A stretch of DNA of 64,000 bases from assembly GCA_964035545.1 (NCBI GenBank), contig OZ037765.1:25543504-25607503 (forward strand), written 5' to 3'. Below, piece after piece: positions 39,509 through 53,554 of this stretch. Each line of letters opens with the position of its first letter. Position 1 is the stretch's first letter. Both the position numbers and the translations under genes were made by a program. This DNA is from Bugula neritina. Its lineage: Eukaryota > Animalia > Bryozoa. The notes under the pieces are model-generated. The model was not told the origin of the DNA and did not search any database. It worked only from the letters and a program-made list of their open reading frames with translations.

Positions 39509-41296
39509 TTATTTGCCCTTCTTAGCTCGCAACTTTCTAACGTAGAACTGCAGTTCCTGTCCTTCTAGGATATATCCATCACTTCTACCACATTTACCAG
39601 GTCTTGAAGAGATGCAAGCTAAAACAAAATACCACATTATAAAAAAAACTGTATTACAGCGGAGACAAACTAAGTTCAGTTAATTGCTATCATCAGAGTA
39701 ACTATGACACGATTCATACTATCACATTAGCTGACCAAAACGGCCAAGTGTGATATCAAGTGTTAAGAACAATCATCATTAAAAGAATGCCAAAAAACAC
39801 AACTAAAGCTGTAAAATACACACCATAAAGTTTTCCAGCAACAAACTGCTCTTCAACAGCTGGGTCAACGAATGCAGTTTTCTGCCTTTCATCATATTTC
39901 TTTTGAGTCTTGTGAGAACGCTTTTTCAAGAATGGAAGTTCAGCCTTCTCTTCTTCAGTCTATAATGAAAATAAGTTTTGGCATAATATGTATGCTTACG
40001 AATGTGCAACATGACTTTTTTTATTTATAGTTCAATGCTCAGAGTAACTATGACATTTTATAACACATCATTAGTGTAGTGTGCAGAAAAACTGCGACAC
40101 TACACCTAGGATTCAAGTTTATCATCATAATTTTTACAGAACTAGGGTTACCAACTGAAATCTTAAATTGCACCATCACAATTTACCAATAGGTAACTTA
40201 CATATTTCTTCTCTGCTTGTTTCTTTCGACCTAGAGGCTTGGCATAATGTGCTTCATACCATTGTCGGAAAGGGGCAGCATCAATTTGTACGATCGTGTT
40301 TTTGGTCAGTGTCTTAGTTCTTACCATTTCATTGTTAGTTGCATTGTATACCACATCAATGATTCTGGATTTATGGGATATTCCTATAACAAGTGCTTAC
40401 AATGGTAGATAAAAATAACTTGTTTGAAATATCCAAATTGAGTTTTCTATATTTATTGAGTAAATGTTAACATGTTTGCATTTACATATTCATACTGCGC
40501 TCTAAGATTTTATGGAGGAGATCAATCAATGTTTAAAAAGAAACTGGTTTAACTTCAAGATTTTTTTAAAAAATATGAAATCGAATTGCTTGGCATGATT
40601 ATGATATAGTGAGCTCATTACTCCAATCAACCTTAATAATGAAATTTTGGGGTTAAGCTTAGAGTTACCACACCTTTATATATCATGGCTACTATGCCCG
40701 AAATGAATATTAAAAACGATAAATAAATGTTGTTATACAGCAATTTTAATTTACATATTAATATTCGAATTCACAAATGACAGTGCTTTTTAACTCACCT
40801 TCTGAAGCCCACGCAAAATTTCCTGTGTCCAAGCGAAGAGCACGCAATTTAATATTTCCTCCCATAGTTCTAACTGTATGTATTCTTTTGTGACCAAGCT
40901 TGGTGTTAGCTGGAGCGCGTCCCATCTCAAACTTTCGTTTGCCCCGGATTTGGGTTTTGCGCCCACCGGTTTTCCTCCTCTTGTGCCATTTATCCCTTGA
41001 AATACCTAAAAACAAATTAACAACATTCAATCACTGACAGAGTAGCTATTAGCCGACTGGCAATCACCTATCAAACTGATTAAGTCCTTTAGTCAGTTTC
41101 AGTGTAATCGCTTCCAGCTTTATACAGTGGTTTTCTACTTTATATGTTTTCTTTTAGTTCAAACGTATATATTGCTCTTAAGCATATAATATAAATATGC
41201 TAAACAGACTACTATCACAGTAAGATGGCTAAGATATAAATGGATAAAGATAGATGCATTTCACATTACAAAATTTCTTGTCTACTACTTACCCAT
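39509..41296 (-). CDS. RPS8: 40S ribosomal protein S8 (eS8), 5 coding exons
   Basis: Exons 41296-41293, 41005-40799, 40383-40202, 39959-39824, 39618-39509: [16 protein letters not shown]..., [40 protein letters not shown]; AATAAA at 39480-39475. Confidence 0.98.
39688..39784 (-). ncRNA. SNORD46: Box C/D snoRNA, SNORD46 (U46)/snR63-type, in RPS8 intron 4
   Basis: Box C ATGATGA (39779-39773), box D CTGA (39696-39693), guide GTCATAGTTACT complementary to LSU rRNA AGUAACUAUGAC; internal hairpin containing GGCCGTTTTGGTCA. Confidence 0.88.
40035..40133 (-). ncRNA. SNORD46: Box C/D snoRNA, SNORD46-type, second copy, in RPS8 intron 3
   Basis: Box C ATGATGA (40128-40122), box D CTGA (40042-40039), identical guide GTCATAGTTACT; internal stem GTGTAGTGT..GCAG / CTGC..ACACTACAC. 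Confidence 0.88.
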
Positions 41297-41302
41297 GTTT
41301 AC

Positions 41303-41316
41303 GATGTAAAGGAATC
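41303..41316 (-). promoter_or_regulatory. TCT/5'TOP-like pyrimidine initiator of RPS8
   Basis: Minus strand reads GATTCCTTTAC about 15 nt before the ATG, as expected for ribosomal protein genes; short and imperfect. Confidence 0.45.
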
Positions 41317-44300
41317 GCGATAGCGAGAACTGGTGCGAGATTAGACTCTGAACCAAGGAGTTATCTGTCGTATTTAATACGCGGTAAGTCTCGGGTATCG
41401 TTAAAATTTCTAATTTTGTTAATAAATAATCTTAAATACAACTAGAGGTCAGTGATAAATCATTCCTAGATAGAACCTGTGGAATTATATTTTGACCAGT
41501 ATTGCTGATAATTGTATTTGTAATAATTACAAATATTTTTTCTATTTATTATCTTAATACTAAATATTTTTGTTGGTGTAATTATTGTTATGAACAATAT
41601 TGGCATCATTTTAATTTTGTTGAGTTATTGTTGAAAGGCCAGAATCGGAATGCGAATCATAATCATAATGATAATGATAATCACTTTGACTTTATCAGTT
41701 TATGATATTGATAATCATAATCATGACGAGTTAGAGTTAAACTTAATGTTATCAGTATCACTGTTATGGGTTACCGAGAGTGACACTGACTGTGTCTGTT
41801 AGTGTTGTCTGTTAAACTTAGTGTTACTGTTAGTGTTAGTGTTGGACTAAATCTTAGTCTAAGTCTTAGTGTTCTGTGTTACTCTTACTGTGGCCGTGTG
41901 TGACTGTGAGTGGGACTGTGAGATTGAGTAAGTCGCTTGAGCACGCCACTACTACTAGTACAAATAGTGTAGTACTACACCTACTACGAGTAAGTCTACT
42001 ACTACTAATACTAGTACTAATAGTAATACTACTACTAGTAGTAGGTACATCAAATAATAATTTTCAAGTAACGCTTTACAGTTTAATATTAGGTTAGATC
42101 GGTAGACAAGAAAATTTGAGTAAGCTTCAATGCACTCTCAAGAGGCAAGATCAACTACCAGTGCAGATATTAACTTGTAAATTTATGACGTTCAACCAGT
42201 TACCCGGCCAGTTAAATCTTCACGCCATGAATGCTATAGCGAACCCACTTATTTTCATGCGTTTAGCAACAATAGCGTAATGGCTATCTCAAAAATCTAC
42301 AAGTCTCGAGCATAGCCTTCTACTTAAATCATTATAACTAAATAGCTAAAGCATAATATCATCATATTAATACTTCAATTGATAGAAAACCTTTAGAGAT
42401 GGTATCAAAATATATTCATTTTACATATCTGTCACAAATTATAACTTAAATTATCGATTGAAAAACATGGATTTTTACTATACTTTAACACCACTTACTA
42501 CAAGGGGCAGATGATTTGAAGGGGTTCGTGATCATAAAATCAGTTTAATATAAGGCTCTGCTACACAATGATATCTTCAAATTTTCTCTACATGAACTAT
42601 ACTAAAAGTTATTAGCAAATCAAAAAGAGGTCTAAACAGGTTTTCTACGCTGTATGCTTCCCAGATTGGACCCGGGCTATCGATGCCACTCGATTTTGCG
42701 AAAGTAGGCGGGGCTAAAGGATACTTGATGTACCTACTAGTAGTATAATACTAGTACCACAGCTACCAGTACCACTAGTAGCAGTAGTAGTAGTACCCAT
42801 GGCCATAATCATATTCATTCCTATTATCAATAATCATAATCATTATCATTATTTTAGTTTCATATTTATGTTGTAAGTTTAATTTTATGATTTTAGCTTC
42901 AAGCCAATGTGACTTTTACTAGTTTTGCTTAGATTTAAAAATAAAAACTAAAATATGTTTAGTGACACTGACAGCATGGCAAACTGTAGATTCCTAATAC
43001 TAATAGTATTAGTAATACTAGTACTAATAATTATTTACTTTTGGTTATGAAGTATTTACGTTTAATTTCTTCACAAGATTTGTCAATGTGTCACACAAAT
43101 GAAATGTTGCATTAAGTTTCACAAAGCTGTTAGAAATAGAATGATTTCTTATTAGTAATTCAATTTTCGTATCGGTGTATAAATAATTTTAATCATGACT
43201 AACTCACTATCATAGGCATAGGTAAAATGCATAGTCAGACAATAGCAGTTACTCTAATATTTTAACAAATGTAGATCAAATTCTAAACTACTCATCTGCT
43301 ACTTAGATCTAAGTCAAGTTGAATTTCACGGCTTGAATATAAGGTCAAAGCAACTTGCTAGCTGAAGCACTTAATCAAGTCAGCATATATTTATTATTTA
43401 TTTAATAGTAATATGTTTGAAAATAACTGCTGCAATAATTTAACCGCAATAGCCACTACATCTCTATCTACAGCATTGGAGCTATAGTTGATTTACTGGA
43501 ATGCAATGTGGCATAACTAAATCATTATCCATGTGCTCTCACACATTGGTTTAAACACTTGCCATAAATACTAAAAAGGTTAGCTAAGCAATTTAGATCT
43601 TTGGTTTGCTCCAATTTTGTAAACTTGCTGCAAGTTACTCAAAGTGTCTATTAGTTGTGCATCTCATCTAATCAGTTGTGCAACACAATTAAAAAAATTT
43701 AAAGTGCTTGCTCTAGTCAATGTGACTTGGACCAAGGTCATGGTGCCATAAAGTACGTGTAAAGTATAATTTAATGCTATCAGATAAATATAACATTAAC
43801 ATAATAATGCATATTGTTATACTTAGCTGCAGCAGTGCAAATTTAGTTTACCCAACCAGAAGTGCAGGATTAAGGTAATATTTATTAAACCCTTTATTAC
43901 CAATACTCAATTTTTAAAAAAACTGTTTCTATTATGACAGTACATTTTTTAACCTAGTTATAAAATGCCCTCATGAAACTTCTAAAGTCAACTGTTAAGT
44001 AAAATTTAGATAATTTTATGGGGTTGCTTTTCCATGAGATTAATATTTGAGTGGTAAAACACATGTACTTTAAGTATTTTCCTAGATTTTGTACAAGAAT
44101 TTCCTAATGGTAAATTTTCAAACATAACTAGTTTGTAAATTTTGTTTATCTGTGGGCTGGCTAGATTGCAGTAGCACCTAGGACAAGATGTTACGTAAAT
44201 GGTATCTAACAGATTTTTTATCAGTATGTAATAATTATTTGAAATAAATGCAAATACAATATAGCCTCATTTTATAACATGTCAATAGTGTGGTTTGAAC

Positions 44301-45881
44301 TTTTATAAAGCTAATTTATTTAGCAGTGCTCAGTGATGCCCTGTTTACCACACTGTCATGCTAATTCTGTTTGTATTACAAGTTCTTGCTTTGTTAATTT
44401 ATACTGGTAGTAAAAATCTATTTTGTGAAAATATACGAATTTAAAATTTTGTGCAAACCAAACCCTTGCTTAGTTAAAATGAGAAATGGCCAATAATTAT
44501 TTGCCAAAGCATAAAATTTCGTCAATCAATGAAACATTCACTTCTCCCTGAAAACTATAATAACTAGAATATGCTGATACTCGTACATCTAAAACCTTGC
44601 TCTAACCATCAACCTTTATCAATTAAGGAAACAGTGTAGACACTAGTAACATACATGAATGTAGGATGTTGAGTCTGCTCTTAGTAACTAGGTTAAAAGA
44701 CATTCTTGTCATGGTATACACATTTCTCAACTAAAAATTGACTAACAAAAACAAATAAAACATGTTTATTAGGAGTTAGTGAAAACTGAGACTGAGTTCA
44801 GATTTCAAAGTTGACATGGTAATAGTTGTAAGCCTTGATATTTCTTTCAAATTCAAAAACCCAAGAACACTTCATAGCATGTAATCAATATAACTATTAG
44901 GGTTAATATTACTGTGTCTTGCTATATAATGGTAATTATGTAATCTAAATAGTAATATTTTTATGGCTATTAGCAATCATAATTCTCTGCTATATGTTGA
45001 TATTGGTTTGTTTATTGCAATTTCTGAATCTTGAATACTCTTTATTTAAGCATCTGTTAAACTCTCTATCACCAGTGTTTGTATTATCACTAGCATGAGA
45101 AATCGGTTTTACTTCCTTTACAGTTTATAATGGTGCTTTTTGTGCAACTGTAAAGGTTATCAGGTTACTTGTTTGTTCAAAACTGACAATTGGCTTGAAG
45201 GGCTGTACTAGATATACCGACTATTTCAGTTGAAGTTCATCAGTGAAACATGGCGATGAGTAATTCTTGGCTCCATTCAGATTTATACAATAAATGAGTG
45301 TACTTAGCTGCTATTGGCTGCTTTTAGATCGAAGCAGTCTTTTTTAGGCAATAAAGTTGCTGTGGTAATTAGCTTTCAGTTTAGACTTAACCAATTAACT
45401 ATGCTAATGTTGCTGAATTTCTGTTGTGACTTTCATTTTTATTCATTTGTTTAAAAGTTTTTGTGATTTCTGCTTTTGTAATTTGTAATATTGCGGTGAA
45501 TTCGTAAATTAAATACTATACAAAATGTAAATAATATGGACTAAGGTTGTTATGTTAATATGAAAAATTATATAAATACAGTCGCTAGCAATAATGCACT
45601 TGCTCTCGCAAATGGCAGTAAATTAAGCTAATTTCATTAAAGCTGCTGATGGATATGTATAACTTGTAATGTCTTCCAACAAGATGTCATCAACACCACA
45701 GCTGACTGCAATAGATTCATTTTATGATCACAACAATCTTCTTTTGATATAAATTTTGATTCTTTTTATTATAATCAATAAAATAAGCTATATACACTTA
45801 TTGTTTTGGCTTAAATTAAGCTGTTGTATTTTGTGATAAGACTGTGAAACTTTATTTTGTTCCTTTAGTGATGTAGAGGGA

Positions 45882-48800
45882 ATGAAGGAGATGAATGAAG
45901 AGTCTAAAGAAGAGAATGTATGTTTACAGCTAAATGATGCCTTTTCTTTTCTTACCTGCGAAGAAGAGGGAGAAGGTATTTATGTACTTTGTAGTTGTAT
46001 TCCAATGTACACCTCTTAATAAGAAGCTAGTTCTCTTAATTTATATATGCATATGGCTCAATGAATAAGTAGTATTCTTTGACATTGATTAATTTTACTA
46101 ACATTGGGTCACTGAGGGAGATGACCCTTTCCCAGACAATTCAAGTTTGTTAGTAGAGTCCATATTAAATTTATTTGGTACTCTATATTTATTGCGTAAA
46201 GCACAAAAAAATTTTTTATTTAGTCAACTTGCAAATAATATTCCTACATGGCATATTTATAATGTAGTAGGCTATAGCTGTCCTATAATAAAATTACCTG
46301 TACAAGGATAAGTCATTACATTATGCAAATACTATTTTCGAATTAGTTGAACATACATGCATAAATAACTAATGCAGAGCTAAGACATGACAAAGTTGTT
46401 GACTAGACACCCTGTTGCATAATTAAACTGGAGTTTTGATTGTTTCAATTCTGTAGGAAACTGCACTCCTGGCGAAGAAGATGTTATTACAAACCTCCAG
46501 AGCAGTCACTCTACCAACACTAATCAGTCAGCTGCTGGCCAACTAGACTCTGTTGACCAATTAGCAGATTCAAATCATGCTGCTGAAGAACCATTAGACA
46601 CACAAGGTTATCAAAATCAGGTAACTAGGAATATCGTTATCTCATAAGTATACTGCAGTTGTTAGAAAAACAATGCCAGACTGTTACTTTAGTTGATGTC
46701 TATGATTACTCGCTTAGCTTTATTAACGGATATTGTTTTTATATTGTTATACTTGGTGACTGTAAATACTGAGTAGCCACTTTTAAAGCCATCAGTATTA
46801 CCATTCTTCTGGTATCGAGCAGAGTAGTTCCCAGGTAAACTTCTTGCCTCAACCACTAACATCAAATAAACTTAGCTGACTTTCATATTAAATTCACAAA
46901 GGAATTAAGGAATAAAGGTATTAGCTTAGAGATATGATTTGTTTCTTCAACTAATGTTAAAACATTGAATCTTTCACTTAAGGTGACTGTTCTGTTGCAA
47001 AACTTCTAAATTTAGTTAGAATTTTGTTTGGAGTACATGTTTTTATAAATATTGTGGTAATAATATTGATGTCAAATAATAAAGCCAGTGCTATACTGAA
47101 AATTGAAATGTGATACCAAAGTATTGTGCTAATAATTGTTGATGTTTGTTAGAATGGTGACAAAGTTGTAATGAGAGGACAGCATTCTGTAACTACTAAC
47201 GGAGCCGCTGACGATGAAGATATAGGTTTGTCAAAAAAATTGAATTATTGATTCAGTTATTCTTTCCAAGTTTTTCTATTGCATGGCTTATCTTAATAGA
47301 TCAGTTTGTGTTACTATGCTAGCAGTGTCCACAGATTAATCGGGGAATAAAAGCTTTTGAATGCACACAGTGAATAAATTTAAATGCAATAAAAAAATAT
47401 ATTGTTAGTGTGAAAGCTGGGAGAATAAAGATTTGTCGTTATAGATAATGGGTTATACTGGTGATAACCTTGATTTTTAAAATTATCATCTCTTGTAGTA
47501 TTCTACATTGAATATTAGTTACGCTTCCATTGTTTTATTACCCAATTATGAAAACATGCGATGTTGTTATCTAACTGCTAAAGCTATTATCTGGAAAGCG
47601 TTCTATTGTGTATTGGAGTTATTTTCACCAAGTATTAAAATTTATGATGAACTATTCAAATTTTTGTGTAATTTTAATTTTTTGATTTTACAATCTGCAT
47701 TACAATTGCAGAGCACACTATAGTTGGGATGTTTATTATATATTTATTTTATGAGTAGGAGTATATGCTGAAAGCGTGAGGACATCTGTATGGAGATTTG
47801 TAAAAGAAGATGATTGGGAATCTTTTGATGAAAATCTTCCACATGGTGGACCAGGTAGACTTTGTCTTTTCTGTGCATTCTGGTCTGCAATGGTATGATT
47901 GCAAATCGTGAGTGCAATATTTTATTTTTATAACTGAAGCCAAGCCAGACCTGGTACATATCGATTACTGATTAAATAACTAAGTCATATTTATGTGTGA
48001 AGAGAAATGAGAAACCTCTAAGCATTGAACTTTATGTAATATTGCAGCTGGCTGAGGTATGTACTGTGTAATAACATTGCTCAGCAGTCTAACTAACCTT
48101 TTTTGTTAACGAAATGGCTAGACAAGACATGCATTCTATTCCTAAGTGAAGCTTTTACACCACCACTGCAGTTTTCATTACTACATGTCAATTCTAATTG
48201 TTTTGTTGATTAGTTATGATTTCTCATGTTCACTGGTAAGGAGTTGCTGTTGTATATATGTCTATGCTCTTACTGTAAATCCTATAATGGTATATATTCC
48301 CCGAGCTCATTGGTGATAGTTGTATATCTCATTATGTATTTATTTTTGCCTCTCAAGTGTTGATATACTAGTACTGTATGCCTGCCATATTCTTTCCAGA
48401 GATGCTCATATGCTCTACAGACAAAATTATGTGCTGCATATCTACTTTAATGTGACTCATAATATGGCGGAGCCTATCATATAGTCTGGTTTCTGAGCTC
48501 TAACAAAGCATACGTTGTTAACTTTGCTTGATTTACTAAATTATTTATGTCCATTGTCCATTAACACTATTCAGAGGCACAGAACGAAGATAGTAAGGAG
48601 TCGCTAGAAAGAAGTGACTCTGTATCCACCACCATCTCTGAGAAGGAATTTGTTTACCACCGTCCTTACGCCGAGATATCTACACGACAAGTTCTAAGAA
48701 AGTCCAGTCTACAGACATTTGCTCGAGCAAATTCTTGGGAAATCAGTGAGTCAGCAGGCTAATATAACAGTTTCAACTCCTGGTTGGTGGCTGAAATGAA

Positions 48801-51800
48801 AGTTAAATGTAATTACTGTATTTTTCTGGAAAGTCAGAAAATTCTTTCCTTTCTGTAGATAATAAAAATGTTTCCTGCTCTACTAATGGCTGACTTCTCA
48901 TTGTAGCGGCTGAAAAGGTGGTGAAGTTCAGTTCAAAGGAAAACAGCCAAGGCTTAGGTTTTCATATTATTGGCAGTCATCCTACCAAAGTCAGCACTAT
49001 TGTTAAGGGTGTGTCTCAATTCAGATACTCTTCAATTGTATTTGCTAGCAAATGCTATCTAATGTGCAATATATTTTCAAAAAATATCTTTATTGATTAC
49101 CATTATATAAATTTTAATTGAATTTTTCTAATTTTAAAATAATTCACTAGGATGCAAATTCAAGTTCAAACATCATGAGCCAAATATTCAGTAGTCTAAT
49201 GCTTTTCGCTAAGGCCTATCTACGTATATTTATATGTATGATTATCATTTGAACCTCAGCTAGTGATCCACTTTTACTGGTTATCAGACCAAAGTGTTAA
49301 TCAGTGTTGAATGTTATTTAAACAAGTGCAAACAACTACTAGAGTGAGATTTCTGTGTTTTATATTTAGGTAGTGCTGCCGAGAAAGCTGGAATTGAAGT
49401 AGACGATGTCATTCTCGCAATAAATTATGAGAGTGTGCTGCAGTTTAGTCATGATAAAATTGTGCAACTCTTAGTAAATGGTGAGAGTCTTTATACCATA
49501 CACATTACAAGGACAATGTTGTTTTCATAGTTGATGCTCATCTGGCTAGAGATTGCTGTTCATACTGCAGAGCTTATCAAGTTTTTGCCCACATAAATAC
49601 TGTTTACTACAATATTTTGCATTCACAGAAAAAATTACTGTAGAATAATGTGTTGATTTGTTTTTTACATAACTTTTACATGATAATTAATTGTATTTAT
49701 ATGCTAAACATGATGAAATAATATATACTGTATTTTATGCCATTGTCTTACAAGTTGCTAATGCTGGTAAAAATAATCTATCTTAATTTCTTAGAGTCAT
49801 TAGCCCATTTAAAATGGGAAAATAACTCTTCATGTTGTGTTCCGTATAGTATAATGCAGCATCATTAAGAGTATACTGGGTATTGATAGAAGAAATTACC
49901 AGATATACACCAAGAATAATAAATTTTTGCATCACTAGTATTCAATAATGCAAGTTTTTCTTTATTTCAAATACTATTTAATATAATTGAGTCATTTGTT
50001 ATTGACGTTTCGAAAAAATAGATTTCTGATGGATGCACTGCTAAAATGCTACAATATTGATCACTAAATTATATCTCCTCAAATTATTCAATTAGTTGAA
50101 TTGTTGCAATGTGGCCACCTCAATTGTGTGAAAAAATTTATATCAATTTTTATAAAGTTTGTTGGCAAAGTTGTAAAGGTTAATTTAGTAGTGTATTTAA
50201 CAGCGCTAAAGAATGTAGTCAACTTTATAATTTACCCATCATATAAGATAGACTTTCTGATTACAGTGATGTATACAATAGGATACATTATGGCACCTTC
50301 TCCAGGGTTGTTCAAGCACTAAACATCACTATCTGTTTTAGCCAAAAACAATGATGTCACCATAGAGTTCTGCAGGGAGTCTTCCTTTAGTAGGACTACT
50401 GGTGATGAGACTGACCGTGCTGGGACAGTATACTCGGCATACGCATATAGACTGGCCAACTCTACATTCAATATATGGAAGAAAAGATGGCTAGTGCTCA
50501 AGTCTGATAATTGTCTTTATTACTATAAATCGGAACACGTAAGTGGCTTTTGCATTTCTGTCATTTCATACATATATCAGCTATATACACATTCTAAGTA
50601 TATTATAATCAATATCTAACCATTATCATCTAGCATATTCCTGCTGGACTAACTGTACACCAGTACTCATATGGCCATGAAAATCTATCGATTATATTAA
50701 AATAAAAATAATATATTGCAGCACAAATGGAGCTGAAAGTAAATACAGTAATAATGAGCTATTTTATATTCTGCAAAATTTGCTGCGGTGCTCAACCAAT
50801 GTGATTTGTACTTTTTTTCAATAAGCACAATATCTTTCTTGAATATTCATTGCCTAGGCTTAATAGCAAGAGCAGTTTATTTAATCTCACATTTTACTCA
50901 AATTTGCTTGATTCTAATCCAGCTCTAATGATGCATATAATTGCTGCAGTGCACACACCTTCTGTCATCAGCTGTTGCTGACTCACACATTTTGAAGTTA
51001 TTTTCTTTCAACTCACTGTTTATATGTGAAATATGTATATATGGTTGCACTGTTGAAGAAATGTCTACTACATGTGTTGTACAGTGGTAATGGCTCGATT
51101 ACATCTGTATTATTCCAGGATAAAGAAATACTAGGCGCCATACCTCTATCTGGTTACACCTTACAAAGAGTTGTAGATAATAAACGGTTAAAAGACCATG
51201 CCTTCAAACTGGTGCATCACACTAAAACTTACATCTTTGCTGCAATGGACAATAATGAATTTTCAAGGTTAGCAAGTTGACAGTTTATATTATAGCATTA
51301 AATTTTTTCTAGTGCTAATTTACAATCATGATTTATGACACTAAAGCTTGTGCTCTTGTTTCTAGGTCAAAGCTTTTGGTAAGTTCTTTTTTAAGGTTTT
51401 GTCTTATGTTTAGTAAATTTGCCTCTGCTTACCATCTGTCTTGTTTATTATTAAGTTGGTTGGATATATAGATGTTTAGTCTAAAGTTATTTTCAGCACG
51501 CATTAGTTTACATGGAGTTGCAAATTTTCAATGCACAGTTTCAATTTTCAAAGTTTTGTTAAAATAGCATTACATTTTTAGTTGCTGCATGAAAATTTTG
51601 AGTTTCAATAATTGGTTGCAAAAGCCACACTGGTTATAGGTATTTTTGTAGCACCCAGTATGCTGAATAAATTTTTGACTAGCTTTAGCAAAATAACTTT
51701 TGATTATGAATAATTTTGCAGTTTGATTGGAGCTAGTTCCAGTTAAGTTGTATAATAAGACATTTAAATAGTTGAAAAATTTTCAAGTGTTTATTTTATT

Positions 51801-52705
51801 TGTTACTTTTACTTTGTTTTATTTTATGTAGATGGGCTTCCTTATTAAACAAAGCAACTGCTGAGGAATCTAGTATGGACAACTGGATAGATGCTAGTGC
51901 ACATAATGTGAGACTACCCGCCCTTTCTATATCTAACGTAGACTGCAGTGGTTATCTGCATAAGATGGGTGGACATTACAAATCTTGGAAGAAAAGATAT
52001 TGTGTTCTCAAAGATGGCTGTTTATTTTACTATTGCGATGTAAATTCACGCTCAGCCCAGGGTAGATAGATGCTATAAAGCTATTATTATTTCACTATTT
52101 GTTTTTTTTCTTCTCATTTAGTAAAATGATGGTCTGTGAATGATGATAATTTTAATATTACTAATTGGTAGTATTTTCAATCGGTTTCAGGTTCACGTAG
52201 CAATATTAGTCCATGTCAATTTAACTTATGTTTTTCTATTTCTAAATTATTGTGCTTTTTTGTATAGGTGTTGCTCATTTGCATGGATACACTACAAATG
52301 CTAATCCAGTGACCAATAAAAAGAATGCTTTTGATTTAGTGCCTCCAGAGTCCAAAATGAGGACATTTCATTTTTATGCTGAGACTAAAGTTGACCAAGA
52401 AAGGTAGGTATTTTAATGGAAAGCTAGATGTGCAAATAGTTTTACTGATTCGGCCCTTTTAACTAAAATTTTTTTAATTAGCTCATCAAATTTTTTAAGA
52501 AACATTAAAACTCTCACTATTTTAAACAAAGAATTCAAATGCACCTGCACAGAAACTAAGTATAAGCATACTCTAATTTATTACCAACAATTGGGATAAT
52601 TGGTAGTTGTGGCTGAAATTCCAACATTTTACAATGGCCTATGTGTTTTTCAGATGGTTGCGGGCAATGAAATTGTCAATAGGTCGATGGGTTTTGGTCA
52701 GCTAA
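45882..52705 (+). CDS. PDZ + tandem PH domain protein (PDZPH1-like); true start codon uncertain
   Basis: In-frame exons 45869-45975, 46457-46620, 47153-47225, 47759-47854, 48575-48745, 48907-49008, 49370-49480, 50342-50538, 51119-51267, 51832-52061, 52268-52403, 52654-52705. PDZ: GLGFHIIG..GSAAEKAGIEVDDVILAIN..SHDKIVQLL; PH1: WKKRWLVLKSDNCLYYY; PH2: GYLHKMGGHYKSWKKRYCVLKDGCLFYY. Confidence 0.85.
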
Positions 52706-53554
52706 TGAGACATTTACTGTGGTAATCTAGAATTCTACCTAGCTTATATTTTTTTATATAAATGCTATATATCAATTTTAACATATTGATAATTTTTATT
52801 TTTTTGTGAAAAATGACACGGATTTGTTTTATTTTTACATGTTCAACTATTTCTGCTGAATGTACCAAGTTTCTTGCTCAACAAGATTTATCTTGTAAAA
52901 TAGAATTGTGCCTTTTTTGGCAAAAGCTGGAATACATGTAATTTATACTAGCATGGCAACTTTTTAGTGTCATATATCAAACAGGTAAATTTTATTGGTT
53001 TTAACAAAGCATTCCTACCTGTAAATATTATGTGACATTAATTGCAAATACAATGACAATCATATTTTGTTATTTTGCAACCAACTAAACCAAGCCACTT
53101 TAGATTTATACCATTGGTTTCTGCAAATAAATATTTAGCAATCAACAAAGAAAAACTGATTTATTTGTATAATCCTTAGGAAGCTATTTCTAATAGTAAA
53201 TAGAGCACAACAGGTCCAGCTTGAGTTGTTCACCGACCTAAGAAATAGAACCAAATTCTAAAATAAATTTAGTGAAAGATGACACATTTTCAGTGTGCCA
53301 ATACATATATGTGCACACCTGGTAGTAAAAATACTCTTCACAATTTTTATTTTGCGGAAACAATAAAGCTAATATGTAGTAAATAATAGATACAAGAATA
53401 AATTGCATATTGACTCAATTGAACAAAGTGGCTTTGGCAAGGATGGATAAAACAAAATAATAGCATTATCTTGTATTTTCTATAGACTTCAAAACATTGA
53501 AAATAAAATATATCATTTATGTGGAAATTATTAATAGAAATTATAGAAGCTTCA

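Noticed and set aside
50267-50341. In-frame TAA before the PH1 exon suggesting a pseudogene or readthrough
   Set aside because: An acceptor at 50340-50341 gives the correct phase and completes the PDZ domain, so the TAA is intronic.
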